From assembly GCF_964355755.1 (NCBI RefSeq), contig NC_092670.1:20074795-20138794 (forward strand): a DNA stretch of 64,000 nt, in the 5' to 3' direction. Positions 41,084 through 53,385 of this stretch are shown here, piece after piece (position 1 is the first letter of the stretch; each line of letters starts with the position of its first letter). The DNA is from Antedon mediterranea (taxonomy: Eukaryota > Animalia > Echinodermata). The translations under genes and the position numbers were made by a program. Under the pieces are notes generated by a model, which searched no databases, was not told the origin of the DNA, and worked only from the letters and a program-made list of their open reading frames with translations.

Positions 41084-44000
41084 AAGAATGTGTAGTATTT
41101 CGAAATTACAAGTTAGAAAATCAAAAACATACAAAGACAAGCTGGTTTTTATCACCACCACTACAGCATAAGTTAAACAGGCACAGAGTGCCCGGAGACG
41201 CCGCATCCGTACCCGTTACACTACACCTCGTTAATTACAAGCGACTCTTAATCACAGCAATCGCAACATGCCAGGAAATTTGAAAAATTGGCAGGGGAGG
41301 AAGCGATCTGCCGAAAAGGCACACGATAATAAGTATCTGCTACCCTATTACACATCCATGTTCCCCAATAGTAACAACTCGTTTCTGACCTAGAACAAAT
41401 ACTATCACGTCTTGCCTGCCAAAGTTTTGACGCTAAACGGGGCATTCTAGTACCCTTGGTGTTTTAAACGCTTACAATCAAATAAAAACATTCTACTCCC
41501 TCGTGGTTAGTAATAACGTTGCGAGGAAGTTATTCATAACTGGAGGACAAGAAACGGACTTCCGATAATTAGGAATAGAGGGGTAAAAATGTTCCCCTGA
41601 TGTTGACAAGCGGTACGTGGTGTGCCGATGACATAATATTTGATGATATCAAAGCAATTATGCAAGAAATGTACAGTAACAGTAAATTCCATGGCTTATC
41701 CGCCTTATAGTGATATAGCCTGACAGTTGTAATGTATGGTGTATTAGGGGCTTATGGTTGGGTATTTGGAGGTTCCATAATTTATGTAAGACCTACTACA
41801 AATCAAAAAGATGTACTAGAGCATAGTAACTAAAATTAATAAAAAATAAATAAACAAAACAAAAATGATATCCACAATCTGTAGGTCAAACTTAACTAGC
41901 ATTGAGGGCACCATATTATATAATATCAAAGGCTCTATTGAATTTACTAAGGATGAGACTTAGCTATGGTGTCACTAATTTTCAGATTTGAACTTTGACA
42001 TTGTCATGTGCAATAAGAAAACACTTAAACAGTGCACATACATTGATGACTCACACACTAGACATTAAGATTAGTATAATCTACAAGGTTACAATTAGGA
42101 AACATATCCTCCACATATTTTCTCATGTACAGGTACATGCTACAAAAATTGATTTATAATAGCATGATTTTTTTTGCTTCAGGACTCAATGATTATATCT
42201 ATTTTTGACACTTCTTACGGAAGTATGCATGACCGATAAAAAAAAAGATCTACTGTAGCAACTTGCGTGTTGCTATTAATAAAGATTTCATTGGAATGGC
42301 CAAAGCAGACCTGTGCATTTTACAATTGAAATATTTTAATTCCTTGCCATAGATGTGAAAATGTAAGAGTCATGTCCTCTAATAATACAAAATCATACAT
42401 TAAATTGAATAATTATGTAACGCCAATCATATGATTGAATAGCAACTTCAGAATTCTGGTACAGTTCGTAGCAGTTCCATCTATTTCAGACAGCTCTGCT
42501 TCAGATTATAAGATTTTACAAAATCAAAACCAAAGATTTGTTTTTACTTGATGACTCGAGTCTATAGCTTTTTTGCCGTAAACTTGCAAAATAACAAGAG
42601 AAAATGTTTTTAAAGTTAATGTGCAGCTGGTACAGTATGTCCAACTGACAACTTAACTGCGCAAACAAACTCAGCCGAACCTGGATACATCCCAAGAGAG
42701 AAGCAGCCTTGATACACATTTTAAGGGACCATATAAATAATACTCTACTGCAGTTGATGCAGTAATATTTGTCCACTTAAAAAAATTGTATTTGCTATGT
42801 AGTATAATTACTAAAAAGATAATAGCAATAAAAGTGTTGATCTTGAAATATTGGGATGTTTTACTGCAGCAAACAACAACATTACTGGGGATAAAGTTTT
42901 GTAACTAGTGCATTTCACCTGATGATAACCTGATCTTTTGCCTACCTCAAATTATTCAAATTTCATTTGTTTAAAAAAAATTAATTTCAGACCTTAATAA
43001 TCCTGATTTTGGAAGTGTGTACTGTTTTACTAGAGATTATCATATTTGGATACAGAGTCCCTAAGACTTATAACCTTGTTAGATTTTGCAAAAGCCGAAT
43101 GTTCAACATCTCAGATAGTTATCTGAAAATGTAGGTAGATATTGAAATGAAGCATGACAACTTTAATGTACCTCTGTTCTCAGGGACTACACCCAGGAAG
43201 CAACAGCGCTTTGCCTGGAAGCAACTGTTAAAAAAAAAACTATCATCATTCACTGAATGTTGACAGAAATTGCTCATGTTGCATCAAGATAAGGAATGAC
43301 TGAGCATAAACAAAAGACAGATGGTTGAATCAATTCCTGAAATTGATCTTTTCGGAAAAAATCATGTCGTATATTTTATTTCATTTTAATTTCCTAGTTA
43401 TTTTAAATATTATTTTATTGCAATAACTTGTATATGTGTGATTATCATCAAGGTTTGCATGAGGAAATGAATGACAGATTTATAAAAAAAAATTATTTAA
43501 AAGGAATTAAAATGTTGTTGACAAGGTCATTATGGATACACATCTACTGTAGCTCATTTGAAGAACCTAATACATCTTTGGAGACGAGGAGGGGGGTTAC
43601 TTTGGTGTACTAGTACACACACAGTCAATGATCATAAGTGGGCCATATGGGAGACCAGTCTTGACTGAAGATGTCACCCAGTATAGATGAATAATAACAA
43701 ACAAACAAAGAGTCCAGCATGATGGAATGATTAGAAATTGTAATTATTTTGGCTCTGATGATTTACCTGCACCTAGTGACAGCCGAAAAAAGATTACTGC
43801 ACCAACAATGGAAGCATGTATAACATTTCTCTCAAATACATGATGCAAATATTTAAAGAAAAAGTACAACTAACCTTGCAGTGCAATCAGATAAGATTTG
43901 AAGACTTTCTAGGAGCTGAAATCTAAAAGCTTAGTTTGAGCTGCAAATGGATTACCGCACTAACTAAAAATAAAAAAATGTTATCTAAAATGTGGTGTAA

Positions 44001-44630
44001 ATATATATAGAAGAAACTAACCTTGCAGTACATTCAAGAGAGGAATTTATAGATGAATTCTATAAAAAAAAAAGTATCATCTTTAAATCTGGTCGCATTG
44101 AAAGGGGTTGATCTTGGAGATCAATTTCTTTATAATATTGAATTCACTAATTTAGCAACCAAAGCTGCCAAATATGTACAACTAAATGTCTGGTATTAAT
44201 TCGTGACGAAGATGTTTTTTTAGTAGTTATTAAATATATTAAAATGCTTAAAAACTTTTTATATATTAAATGCTTAAAAAAATATATTGTTAAGAAAACG
44301 AAAAAAGGCAAAAAGAACTTACATCTTTGTTTTCTCCGTGATGATGACAGTAGCTGGTAGTTCTTGTTCAAAACTGAAAACATATCAAAACTACAATCAA
44401 TTTAAATACAAAAAAAGAGACAATATACAGCTGCCCTTCAAATATCATACTACATTGTTTTACTGCCATCACACAGAACGTGTTAAAACATAATATGAGA
44501 ATAATTTGAGTTACATAAACTAAACAGTGGTGTTGATAGTCCATAATTACTTACCTGGATAAACCAGCAATAGCCCTTATCTCTCCAAAGAGAGGAGAAC
44601 ATTTGCCAAAAGAAGAAATCAGTAGAGTAC

Positions 44631-45555
44631 TGTTACAACCGTTAATGTAGAACAACCCACTCCTTATGTAGTAAAACCTCCAGCTTATGTAGAAACATCA
44701 ACAATAAAAATCAACACCAGCTTATGACCACCTCTCTTAAGGATCACACCTCTCGTAAGTAACCACCTCTTTTAAGGGACCACGACCTCTTTCTCTCTAT
44801 TAGGGACCGCTTCGCTCCGCTCATAATCGTTAGTGACGACTCTTTTAAAGGACCACCTCTCTTAACGACCCCACCTCTCGTAAGTGACGACCTCTTTTAA
44901 AGGACCATCACCTCTATTAAGGAACTGCTTCTCATAATCGACCTTCTCCCATCACAATGACCTCTAGTAAGTGACCACCTCTATTGAACGACCACTGTCA
45001 CATTGACGACTTCGGACAGGGGGCCATTATGATAAATGGTTCCTTTAAAAGAGACGGTGGCCGTTCAATAGAGGTGGTCACTTACCAGAGGTCGTTGTGA
45101 CGGGAGATAGTGGATTACGAAAAGCGGTCCTTTAATAGAGAGAAAGAGGTCGTGTTCCCTTAAAAGAGGTGTTTATTTACGAGAGGTGTGGTTGTTAACA
45201 GAGGTGGTTGCTTACGAGAGGTGGTCGATTATGAGAAGCGGTCCCTTACGAGAGGTGGTCGATTATGAGAAGCAGTCCCTTAACAGAGATGATAGCTTAT
45301 TACGATGTGTGGTCATTTTAGAAAGTTGGTTGCTTATGAGAGGTGGAAAGACTGATAGCTAAGTAAAGATCGATGCATTTGCACATGAATGAGACATTTT
45401 TTGTAAAATATATAACATTTTCTACATTAGCTGGCGATAGTTTCTACATTAGCTGGTGTTGATTTTTATTTACTACATAAGCTGTTGGTGTTTCTACATA
45501 AGCTGGAGGTTTTACTACATAAGCGGTGAATTGTTCTACATTAACGGTTGTAACA
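44631..45555. mobile_element. Non-autonomous foldback DNA transposon, Ginger-like termini
   Basis: TIR TGTTACAACCGTTAATGTAGAACAA / TTGTTCTACATTAACGGTTGTAACA extending about 70-95 bp; 5-bp TSD AGTAC at 44626-44630 and 45556-45560; internal inverted arrays of GACCACCTCT/AGAGGTGGTC. Superfamily is inferred. Confidence 0.8.
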
Positions 45556-45989
45556 AGTACCCTATCAGATAATAGTGCCTTACAATAGCCTTAAAACATT
45601 TCAGCAAAATGATATTTTAAACCTACTACTGGTAGCTTCATCCTCTTAAGATTCTAAGCCATTTCTTCACTTAGCTGACCTACTGTGAGGCAATTTGCAA
45701 TCCCAGATCAAATTATTTTGTAGCATTTTTTTCATTCATAGTTTTTATAATCTATAATTCAGTGAATAATTAGGCTGAGAGAATTTTGTCCCATTTAAGT
45801 CTTTTCCCAGATACCTATCCCCTTTTTAAAACGGGTAATCTTTATGGACGTTAACATGACGTTTTTAATGTTTTTTTTACAGACATGAACCTTGGTTGGC
45901 TGGGGGAGACTCGGGGGACAGGACAAGAACTACGCACCACGCTTCACTCCGCATTAACTTAAATTGATACAGACTGTTCTCTTACTCAC

Positions 45990-46061
45990 CAAATGTTTGA
46001 AGAGAAGAACAACTGACTCTTCCTCTCAAAATCCTCATGAGAATTCACCACAATCAAGAAT
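45990..46061 (-). other. TRAF7: Putative 5'UTR exon of TRAF7 (72 nt)
   Basis: Acceptor tttcttttcag and donor TTG|gtgagtaag; splicing to 34030 places an in-frame TGA upstream of the start ATG. Confidence 0.55.
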
Positions 46062-46491
46062 CTGAAAAGAAATATAAAAAACATGGTTATTAGAAGCTGC
46101 TACGTTAGGATGTTGAGTGGTTCAGGAGGGGACACGCCCAGTGATACGGACAGCAAGGTCAATGGCTGTTGTAGCAACAAATGTGACCTCTATGCATCGT
46201 TACATACAGTGAAGTTTACAGATTTGCGTAGTAACAGCTTTACGGTATAGTTTTGCAATAATATTCGAAGATGATGATGCAGGATGGTCGAGTTGTTTTA
46301 TAACTTAACTACCCTGGGTTTAAATCCAGGTTATGGCTCGGCTATAGGATTCTACTTATGTTGCATAGTAGTAGACTAGTAAAACATTCCTCTACCACCC
46401 GCAATGATTGAGTTGGTACTGTAGTACTGTATTTGATTTATTTAAAAACTGTGTGACTAAAAAAAACTATCAAGTTGGCTATTTAGCAGCA

Positions 46492-47697
46492 CTAGTTAAA
46501 TATCTCAGTAGAATAGTCAACTATCTTAGTGGAATAGTTAACTATGTTACTGGAATAGTTAACTATCTTAGTGGAATAGTTAACTATCTCATCGGAATAG
46601 TCAACTATCTTAGTGGAATAGTCAACTATCTTACTGGAATAGTTAACTATCTCATTGGAATAGTCAACTATCTTAGTGGAATAGTCAACTATCTCAGTGG
46701 AATAGTCAACTATCTCAATAGAATAGACAACTGTTTTATTGGAATAGTCAACTATCTCAGTGGAATAGTCAACATCTCAGTGGAATAGTCAACATCTCAG
46801 TGGAATAGTCAACTATCTCAATGGAATAGTCAACTATCTCAATGGAATAGTCAACTATCTCAGTGGAATAGTCAACATCTCAGTGGAATAGTCAACTATC
46901 TTAGTGGAATAGTCAACATCTCAGTGGAATAGTCAACTATCTCAGTGGAATAGTCAACATCTCAGTGGAATAGTCAACTATCTCAATGGAATAGTCAACT
47001 ATCTCAGTGGAATAGTCAACATCTCAGTGGAATAGTCAACTATCTTAGTGGAATAGTCAACTATCTCAATAGAATAGACAACTGTTTTATTGGAATAGTC
47101 AACTATCTCAGTGGAATAGTCAACATCTCAGTGGAATAGTCAACATCTCAGTGGAATAGTCAACTATCTCAATGGAATAGTCAACTATCTCAGTGGAATA
47201 GTCAACATCTCAGTGGAATAGTCAACTATCTCAATGGAATAGTCAACTATCTCAGTGGAATAGTCAACATCTCAGTGGAATAGTCAACTATCTCAGTGGA
47301 ATAGTCAACATCTCAGTGGAATAGTCAACATCTCAGTGGAATAGTCAACATCTCAGTGGAATAGTCAACTATCTCAGTGGAATAGTCAACATCTCAGTGG
47401 AATAGTCAACTATCTCAATGGAATAGTCAACTATCTCAGTGGAATAGTCAACATCTCAGTGGAATAGTCAACTATCTTAGTGGAATAGTCAACATCTCAG
47501 TGGAATAGTCAACTATCTCAATGGAATAGTCAACTATCTCAATGGAATAGTCAACTATCTTAGTGGAATAGTCAACTATTTCATTGGAATAGTCAACTAT
47601 CTCAGTGGAATAGTCGACTATCTAAGTGGAATAGTCGACTATCTCAGTGGAATAATCATCTCAGTGGAATAGTCATCTCAGTGGAATATTCAACTAT
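46492..47697. repeat. Minisatellite, 21/19-bp unit AGTGGAATAGTCAAC(TA)TCTC, roughly 58 copies
   Basis: Directly visible tandem array with no spacers. Confidence 0.97.
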
Positions 47698-48384
47698 CGC
47701 AGTCACAAAAAAATAAATTCCTGATTGCCAAATAAATACATTTGAATAAGTGACACAAATGCAAATTAAACCTCACAAAAGTCCCATGTACTTAAGAGTA
47801 TGTAAAATTGTAAGTACCATCACTACCAGTCTTATTCCTTAGTAAATAATTAACATATTATGTAAATTATTTACTATATAAATAATGAATGACTGTTAGT
47901 AAATGGTAGACTTCATATTAGAATCAAATATTTTAAAAAACTATACGAAGACAGAAGGATGAATTAAAGTTTATGGCCATCAGACCATCGATTGTCTTTT
48001 GCAACATAAATGTTTTTAAAACAAAATGGAAAGATCAATGGAAAGATAGGTCAACATATGTTAGAAGAAACCCATAGGAAAAACAAGTCTAGCCTTAAGG
48101 AACAAGTAAGGAAGCACAGCCAGAAAATAGAGACCTAGTTTACTCTTTGATTGACGTCAAAGATAGCGTTCTGATACAATCTCGAGATTTTTTTTTTTTT
48201 AATTATTATTTATGTTTTAATTATCATTATCAACAGCTTATGTTCATCAAATGAAAATTAAAAACTGTAATTAAAGATGTACTTTACTTAAAATTACCAC
48301 TATTAAATATACAGTAACTGTGTAAAACATGCATTTTCATTTAGTACCACAATGTTTTGAGATAAACTATGTGATTTAGGTCCT

Positions 48385-48460
48385 ATGTAAAGCACCTAGA
48401 GGGGTCAGTGATCCATTAGGCGCTATATAAATACTGTTTATTATTATTATTATTATTATT
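48385..48460 (+). mobile_element. L2/CR1-type LINE or SINE 3' end
   Basis: TGTAAAGCACCTAGAG...TAGGCGCTATATAAAT...(TAT)n tail; related tail at 57752-57800. Confidence 0.55.
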
Positions 48461-49170
48461 AACTAGTTGGAATGTTTCATAAATAATGCATTTTACTTCT
48501 TAAAGAATATAAAGTTAGCATTGTTATTATTACGGTACATTTTATTGATTTTATTTTATTAATTTACTTATCCATTTATTTATTTATTTCAAATGTATTC
48601 ATTTAAAGGGGCTTTACGTCTAAAGCTCTTGTTTAAAACTTAGCCCCATTCACAACTTCAACTATTACTAATTTTGTACTTTGTATTTAATATTCAAAAT
48701 ATACTAATTTATGTATACTTTTAATTTGATCTGAGATTGTGAATAATTTAATAATTTGCAACATTGTGAGAATGCAGTAAAGAAAGTTTACAAAATAAAA
48801 AGGTATTATAGTACATCTAAGACAGTGCTAGTATATATATTGTTTCAAGATATGGATGGATAAGGATAAGTATTAAACAAATTCTCCCTATACAGTACTA
48901 GCTCAATATTGACACTTCAGTCACAACCAACTTTAGTTGTCAAATTCATAATTTATTACCAGTCGAAAATTAAATCCAATAACAAATTTATAATGTAAAG
49001 TATTAAAATCAAGGACAGCAGTTGTTTCCCGATGCTAGACATATCGTTACAATCTTGATTCCTGACGCCCTCTACTTGGCAAGTTCTGAGTCAATTAGAA
49101 TCCAACTGGAATTGTTTGTGGAGAGGCGACTGGAAAAAGTTTAAAATTATACTGGGCCATGGCTCTTATA

Positions 49171-49320
49171 AAGCTCTGTCTACACTATCAAACTATTTTG
49201 ACAAAAAAAGTGTTATGTGCCCTAATATGGTAGTGATATGACCAAATATGGTAGTGATAAGCCCAAATATGGTAGTGATATGATATCATTATGTCCATAT
49301 ATGGGCACATCACATTTTTT
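49171..49320. mobile_element. MITE family A, copy lacking right TIR
   Basis: Left TIR and three 20-bp units. Confidence 0.8.
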
Positions 49321-50335
49321 TCACTTTTAACTTGCTTACTAACTGTAGCAGCCTACTTAATTTGTTAGGACCTACAAACCCCTGCTCGCTTTGTATATAG
49401 TTAAAACCATTTTCCAGTATAGGGGCCACTGTCCAGTGAAACAAATTTCAAGGGTTACTTACAACAAAAAAAAAACCTACGCCACATAGTCACATGGTTT
49501 ATTTATACAATAACTTTATCCATCTACCATGTAGATTGGATGATGGAAGAGCAAAATCACAAATACATTTTGTGACCATATTGCCTGTCTTCCCCAACAT
49601 GCCATACACCACCTTACGCTGTAGTTCATAGAACCAGCAAATGCGGTTTTCTATAAACATTTAAAATAATGTTCTCATCAACTAATTATTGTTAGCAAGT
49701 TGCTTGGTATAAATGTACAAAATTGTATTAATTAAAAGTGTACACACTCAATTCCATTCAGTTTAGATTTAATCTGAAAAATGATAAAGCGACCTTCTGG
49801 AATTTTGGTTTTTGAGTGTTGAATGCTAGATTTTTAAAGGAAACTGCTGCACAAATTTGTAGAGAATTATAGAGGGCAGTATACAATTTCAAACTTACAT
49901 CACACACTGCTGGCATAAAAAAAAAATATTTAAAGTACTCCCAATGATCGATTTATTGTATTGTATAAATACAATACAATAATGTTGCTTGTAAATAGTT
50001 TTTTTTAAGTTTTGTTAATTGTTTAGTTATTCATGTCTTTTTATTTATCAATATGTTCTGTTCAGTTTTGTTTCTCGGACCGCGCCGCATACTATGAGTG
50101 CCACCGATGCAAAGGTGCATGGTCAACAAATAAATAAATTACTGGCATTGACAATAATGAATTTTGTGTATTTAAAAGTGACTGTATTATGTAATACGAA
50201 ACACATACAGTTTATGCGAGTATTACATTACGGAGCTGATAACATGTTGTTGCAAAAAAGCAGATTTGATAAAAATATGGCTTTAATTACTGGTCTGCAG
50301 TTGTATGAAGTTTCTAATAGAAAACTCACGCCTTA

Positions 50336-50569
50336 AAGCTTTGTTTACACCATCAAACTAGTTTGACAAAAAAGTGTAATGTGTCCCAAATATGGTAGTG
50401 GTGTGCTCAAATATGGTAGTGGTGTGCCCAAATATGGTAGTGGTGTGCCCAAATATGGTAGTGGTATGCCCAAATATGATAGTGATATGACATCATCATA
50501 TCCATATGGGCACATCACATTTTTTTTATTACATAAAGTTATTACATAAAGATAGTGTAGACAGAGCTT
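50336..50569. mobile_element. MITE family A, full copy with five internal units
   Basis: Both TIRs, TA flanks, expanded CCCAAATATGGTAGTGGTGTG array. Confidence 0.85.
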
Positions 50570-51151
50570 TAGAACATGGTCCTTTAAAGCAGACTACGCC
50601 AGGTCAAATGGTCGTTATCTCTCACGACTTAAATATAAACAGAACATTTTATTATACTATAGTAATAGTAGTAACTGTAATACGTTATGAAAAAATGAAA
50701 GATTTTCACAAATTGTAACTTACAGTGTAAGAAAACCTGTTAAGCAATTTGGTAGAAAATAAAAATATATACTGTATAGGGAATCCTTGAGTATATGGAT
50801 TGAAATTTTGGAAGATCCTGAGAGAGATGCTCAAAAACTTTATAACCCCTTAGATGTGAAAGAAGTATGGTGACACAAAATGATTGGCTGAGGTTAGGCC
50901 TGCCTAGAATTCATCCAAATTAGGTCATCTAATTAAAAATAACATAAATCATGGTATTCTTTTAATCATGCATGCATGCTTATAAAACTGTATGCAATTA
51001 TCATCATTCATAACTCTTTTTTTATGTATGTATATATATTTAAATAGCAAACAAAAGTGTCCCGATGTTGCTATAACAAGTAATTTCTTGAGGTTTTTTT
51101 TATTTCAATTTGCAATCACTATTACTTGTCGTGATGTTGTGTACTGCTAAG

Positions 51152-51443
51152 TCTATGGAATCCAACGTTGTATATCAGTTTACATGTGGAGGATGTAATA
51201 CCTCCAACATTGGAGAAACTTCGGATAGAAGAACATTTACATAGAGATAAAAATTCGCACATATATAAACACTTAATTAAAAATATGAATTGTAAGACAC
51301 ACAGTAACAAAACCTTTTTTTAAATAATTGATAAAGCAAACACGAACTATCCATTAAAAATTAAAAAAGCCCTCCAAATTAAATGGAAGAGTCCAGAACT
51401 CAACAAACAAGTTCAAAGCTATGCAATTAACTTAAGTATTTAA
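51152..51443 (+). pseudogene. Degenerate Penelope-like retroelement GIY-YIG endonuclease remnant
   Basis: Translates SNVVYQFTCGGCNTSNIGETS ... IIDKANTNYPLKIKKALQIKWKSPELNKQ, with disruptions in between. Confidence 0.7.
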
Positions 51444-51625
51444 TGCAAAGTAGTTCAGCGGTAGATCACTCTGTTTTCGTGATATGAAATCAAATCCAAA
51501 GTCCTTACACAATCAATGACGTCATATATGTAGCATCACCCCACTTGCTGACTATGACTTAATACAATTTTACCGTACCTTAAGCAAATGCAAGTTAGGA
51601 TACGGTACCGTATCTAAAGCCTTAA

Positions 51626-52726
51626 ACTTTACGTCGTGGTTAGGATTCCGGCACCGGAACTCAACTGCCCACCGTTAGGGAATCCGACACGCTATTGCGC
51701 ATGCCCAGAGCGAGGTAATCGGCGAATCTATACTTATCAACAGCGATGGATCATTTCATAGCTGCGCCACACGGCGAACTAGCCTAGATGCCTACTAATA
51801 CAGGATCCACTAATCTAGGCTAGGGCTACCAGTTAGACGTGACCAGTGGGCCTATTTATTTTGTAATTAAAAAGTGGTTGCTTCATTCATATATAAACTT
51901 CATATCATTATGAATTATATAATTACATGACTAGTTTTATGATTTTTTATAACGCATTATACTGTACATAAACAACATGCAATCACAAGTTGATTTGTTG
52001 ACAGCAGCCACCGCGTGGATGTGAAAAAACTATTCGGGAAGTCAGGGTCACAACGCTAAAAACAGCATTACGATTCTTAGGTAGATACTGATACTTATTA
52101 ATATCATTATAATTATTTTAACGCTTGGGCGTAGTCGTATTTTAATTATTAATTCTTGTATGGCATAGGCCAAGTTTCATCCATCGCTCTCTCGCTCGCG
52201 CAACGACTATCTAGGCTACAGTAAATCCCTATAACACTCCGACTCTCCGTGGTGTGGTGGTGTGGCACTATTATGCACTTGTCAATTGTATGACCCACTA
52301 TACGACCCCCGGGAGAGGTGAGTCATTTGTCCGATGTGCGTCATACTTTTGAATACCATGACGCACCCGTGCGTCAAAAAGGTGACTTACCTTTGGGTGA
52401 CCATGACGCACCCATTTTGACGCACTGTGACCATGTTGTTTATGATATGGTGGGTGTTAAAGTGACGGACATTGACACACCTTGTTCATTGATGTGACGT
52501 ACCATCTAGGTTTTTTGACGCACCCCTGCGTCAGTAATTATTTGTAAATGACGCACCCATGACGCACCTCTCCCGGGGGTCGTATAGTGAGTCATACAAT
52601 TGACAAGTGCATTAGTGCAAGCTATAATTCACTTCCCATAGCTCTGGGCATGCGCAATAGCGTATCGGATACCCCAACGGTGGGCAGTTGAGTTCCGGTG
52701 CCGGAATCCTAACCACGGCGTTAACT
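51626..52726. mobile_element. Non-autonomous DNA transposon with about 86-bp TIRs and TTAA flanks (Kolobok-like)
   Basis: CGTGGTTAGGATTCCGGCACCGGAACTCAACTGCCCACCGTT...GCGCATGCCCAGAGC is mirrored at 52641-52726; TTAA at 51622 and 52727. Superfamily is inferred. Confidence 0.75.
52265..52618. mobile_element. Nested MITE with about 55-bp TIRs, rich in TGACGCA
   Basis: ATGCACTTGTCAATTGTATGAC.CACTATACGACCCCCGGGAGAGGTG.GTCAT and its reverse complement. Confidence 0.8.
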
Positions 52727-53177
52727 TTAAGCCACGGCGAATTAATAAATATATAGAATACTATTATTTACTAACTTATGTCATGAGTAACTAATCTATT
52801 GATAATATTAATAATATATATGATAAAATAAATTAATAATTGACTAATTAAAATAAAAATGTAATTGAGATAGTTTTGGGTGACTTATGCCTAGATTAAT
52901 TATCATAAATAAATTATAGGCTAGGCCTACCCTATATGGATGAACGTCAGTCTTCGTGCTTGAAGTTGAGGAAGTACGTGTGATGGGTAGGCCTAGATCC
53001 CTCTCGAAAAGAGTAGGGTAGGGGGAAGGTGGGCCTACAAGAAATTCAGGTATTGATGAAAATGAATAATTACAAATATTTAAAAAATAAGAACCAGACA
53101 CAATGCATATAATACATATAAAAATTCATATATCAGTAATGCCACAGCTTTACTACACTCAGGGCTACTGTACTTAC

Positions 53178-53300
53178 CGTTTTTATAATGAGCAAAAATA
53201 AATACGTGCTCCGAAAAAAAACACTCCTCATTCATTTTATTATGATAACGCCACCTATAGTTAGTATTTCTCGACCATGGAGGGAGAAAAATGAATTTTC
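53178..53300 (-). other. TRAF7: Putative non-coding first exon of TRAF7 (5' end uncertain)
   Basis: Consensus donor ACG|gtaagta at 53178/53177, beside a CpG-containing promoter-like patch. Confidence 0.5.
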
Positions 53301-53385
53301 GCGGTACAGCACGACCAGAACCATTTAGCGGAAATTGGTTGCTGGTACACTTTGACCTAACGAGTCGACAAAAGAATGGCGACCA
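53240..53385. promoter_or_regulatory. Putative bidirectional promoter shared by TRAF7 and the RAI1/TCF20-like gene
   Basis: Lies between divergent splice donors (53178 minus, 53409 plus); locally CpG-rich; E2F-like TTTTCGCGG (53296), ETS-like GCGGAAAT (53328), TGACCT (53353), YY1-like AATGGCG (53375). Confidence 0.5.

Noticed and set aside
46408-46788. 126-aa ORF with SGIVNYL repeats
   Set aside because: It is the translation of the 21-bp minisatellite; it has a non-ATG start and is broken by the 19-bp units.
46492-47697. CRISPR array
   Set aside because: No unique spacers, no cas genes, eukaryotic intron context.
52583-52593. T7 promoter-like TATAGTGAGTC (vector contamination)
   Set aside because: Only 11 nt match and it is part of a MITE TIR with a diverged mirror copy.
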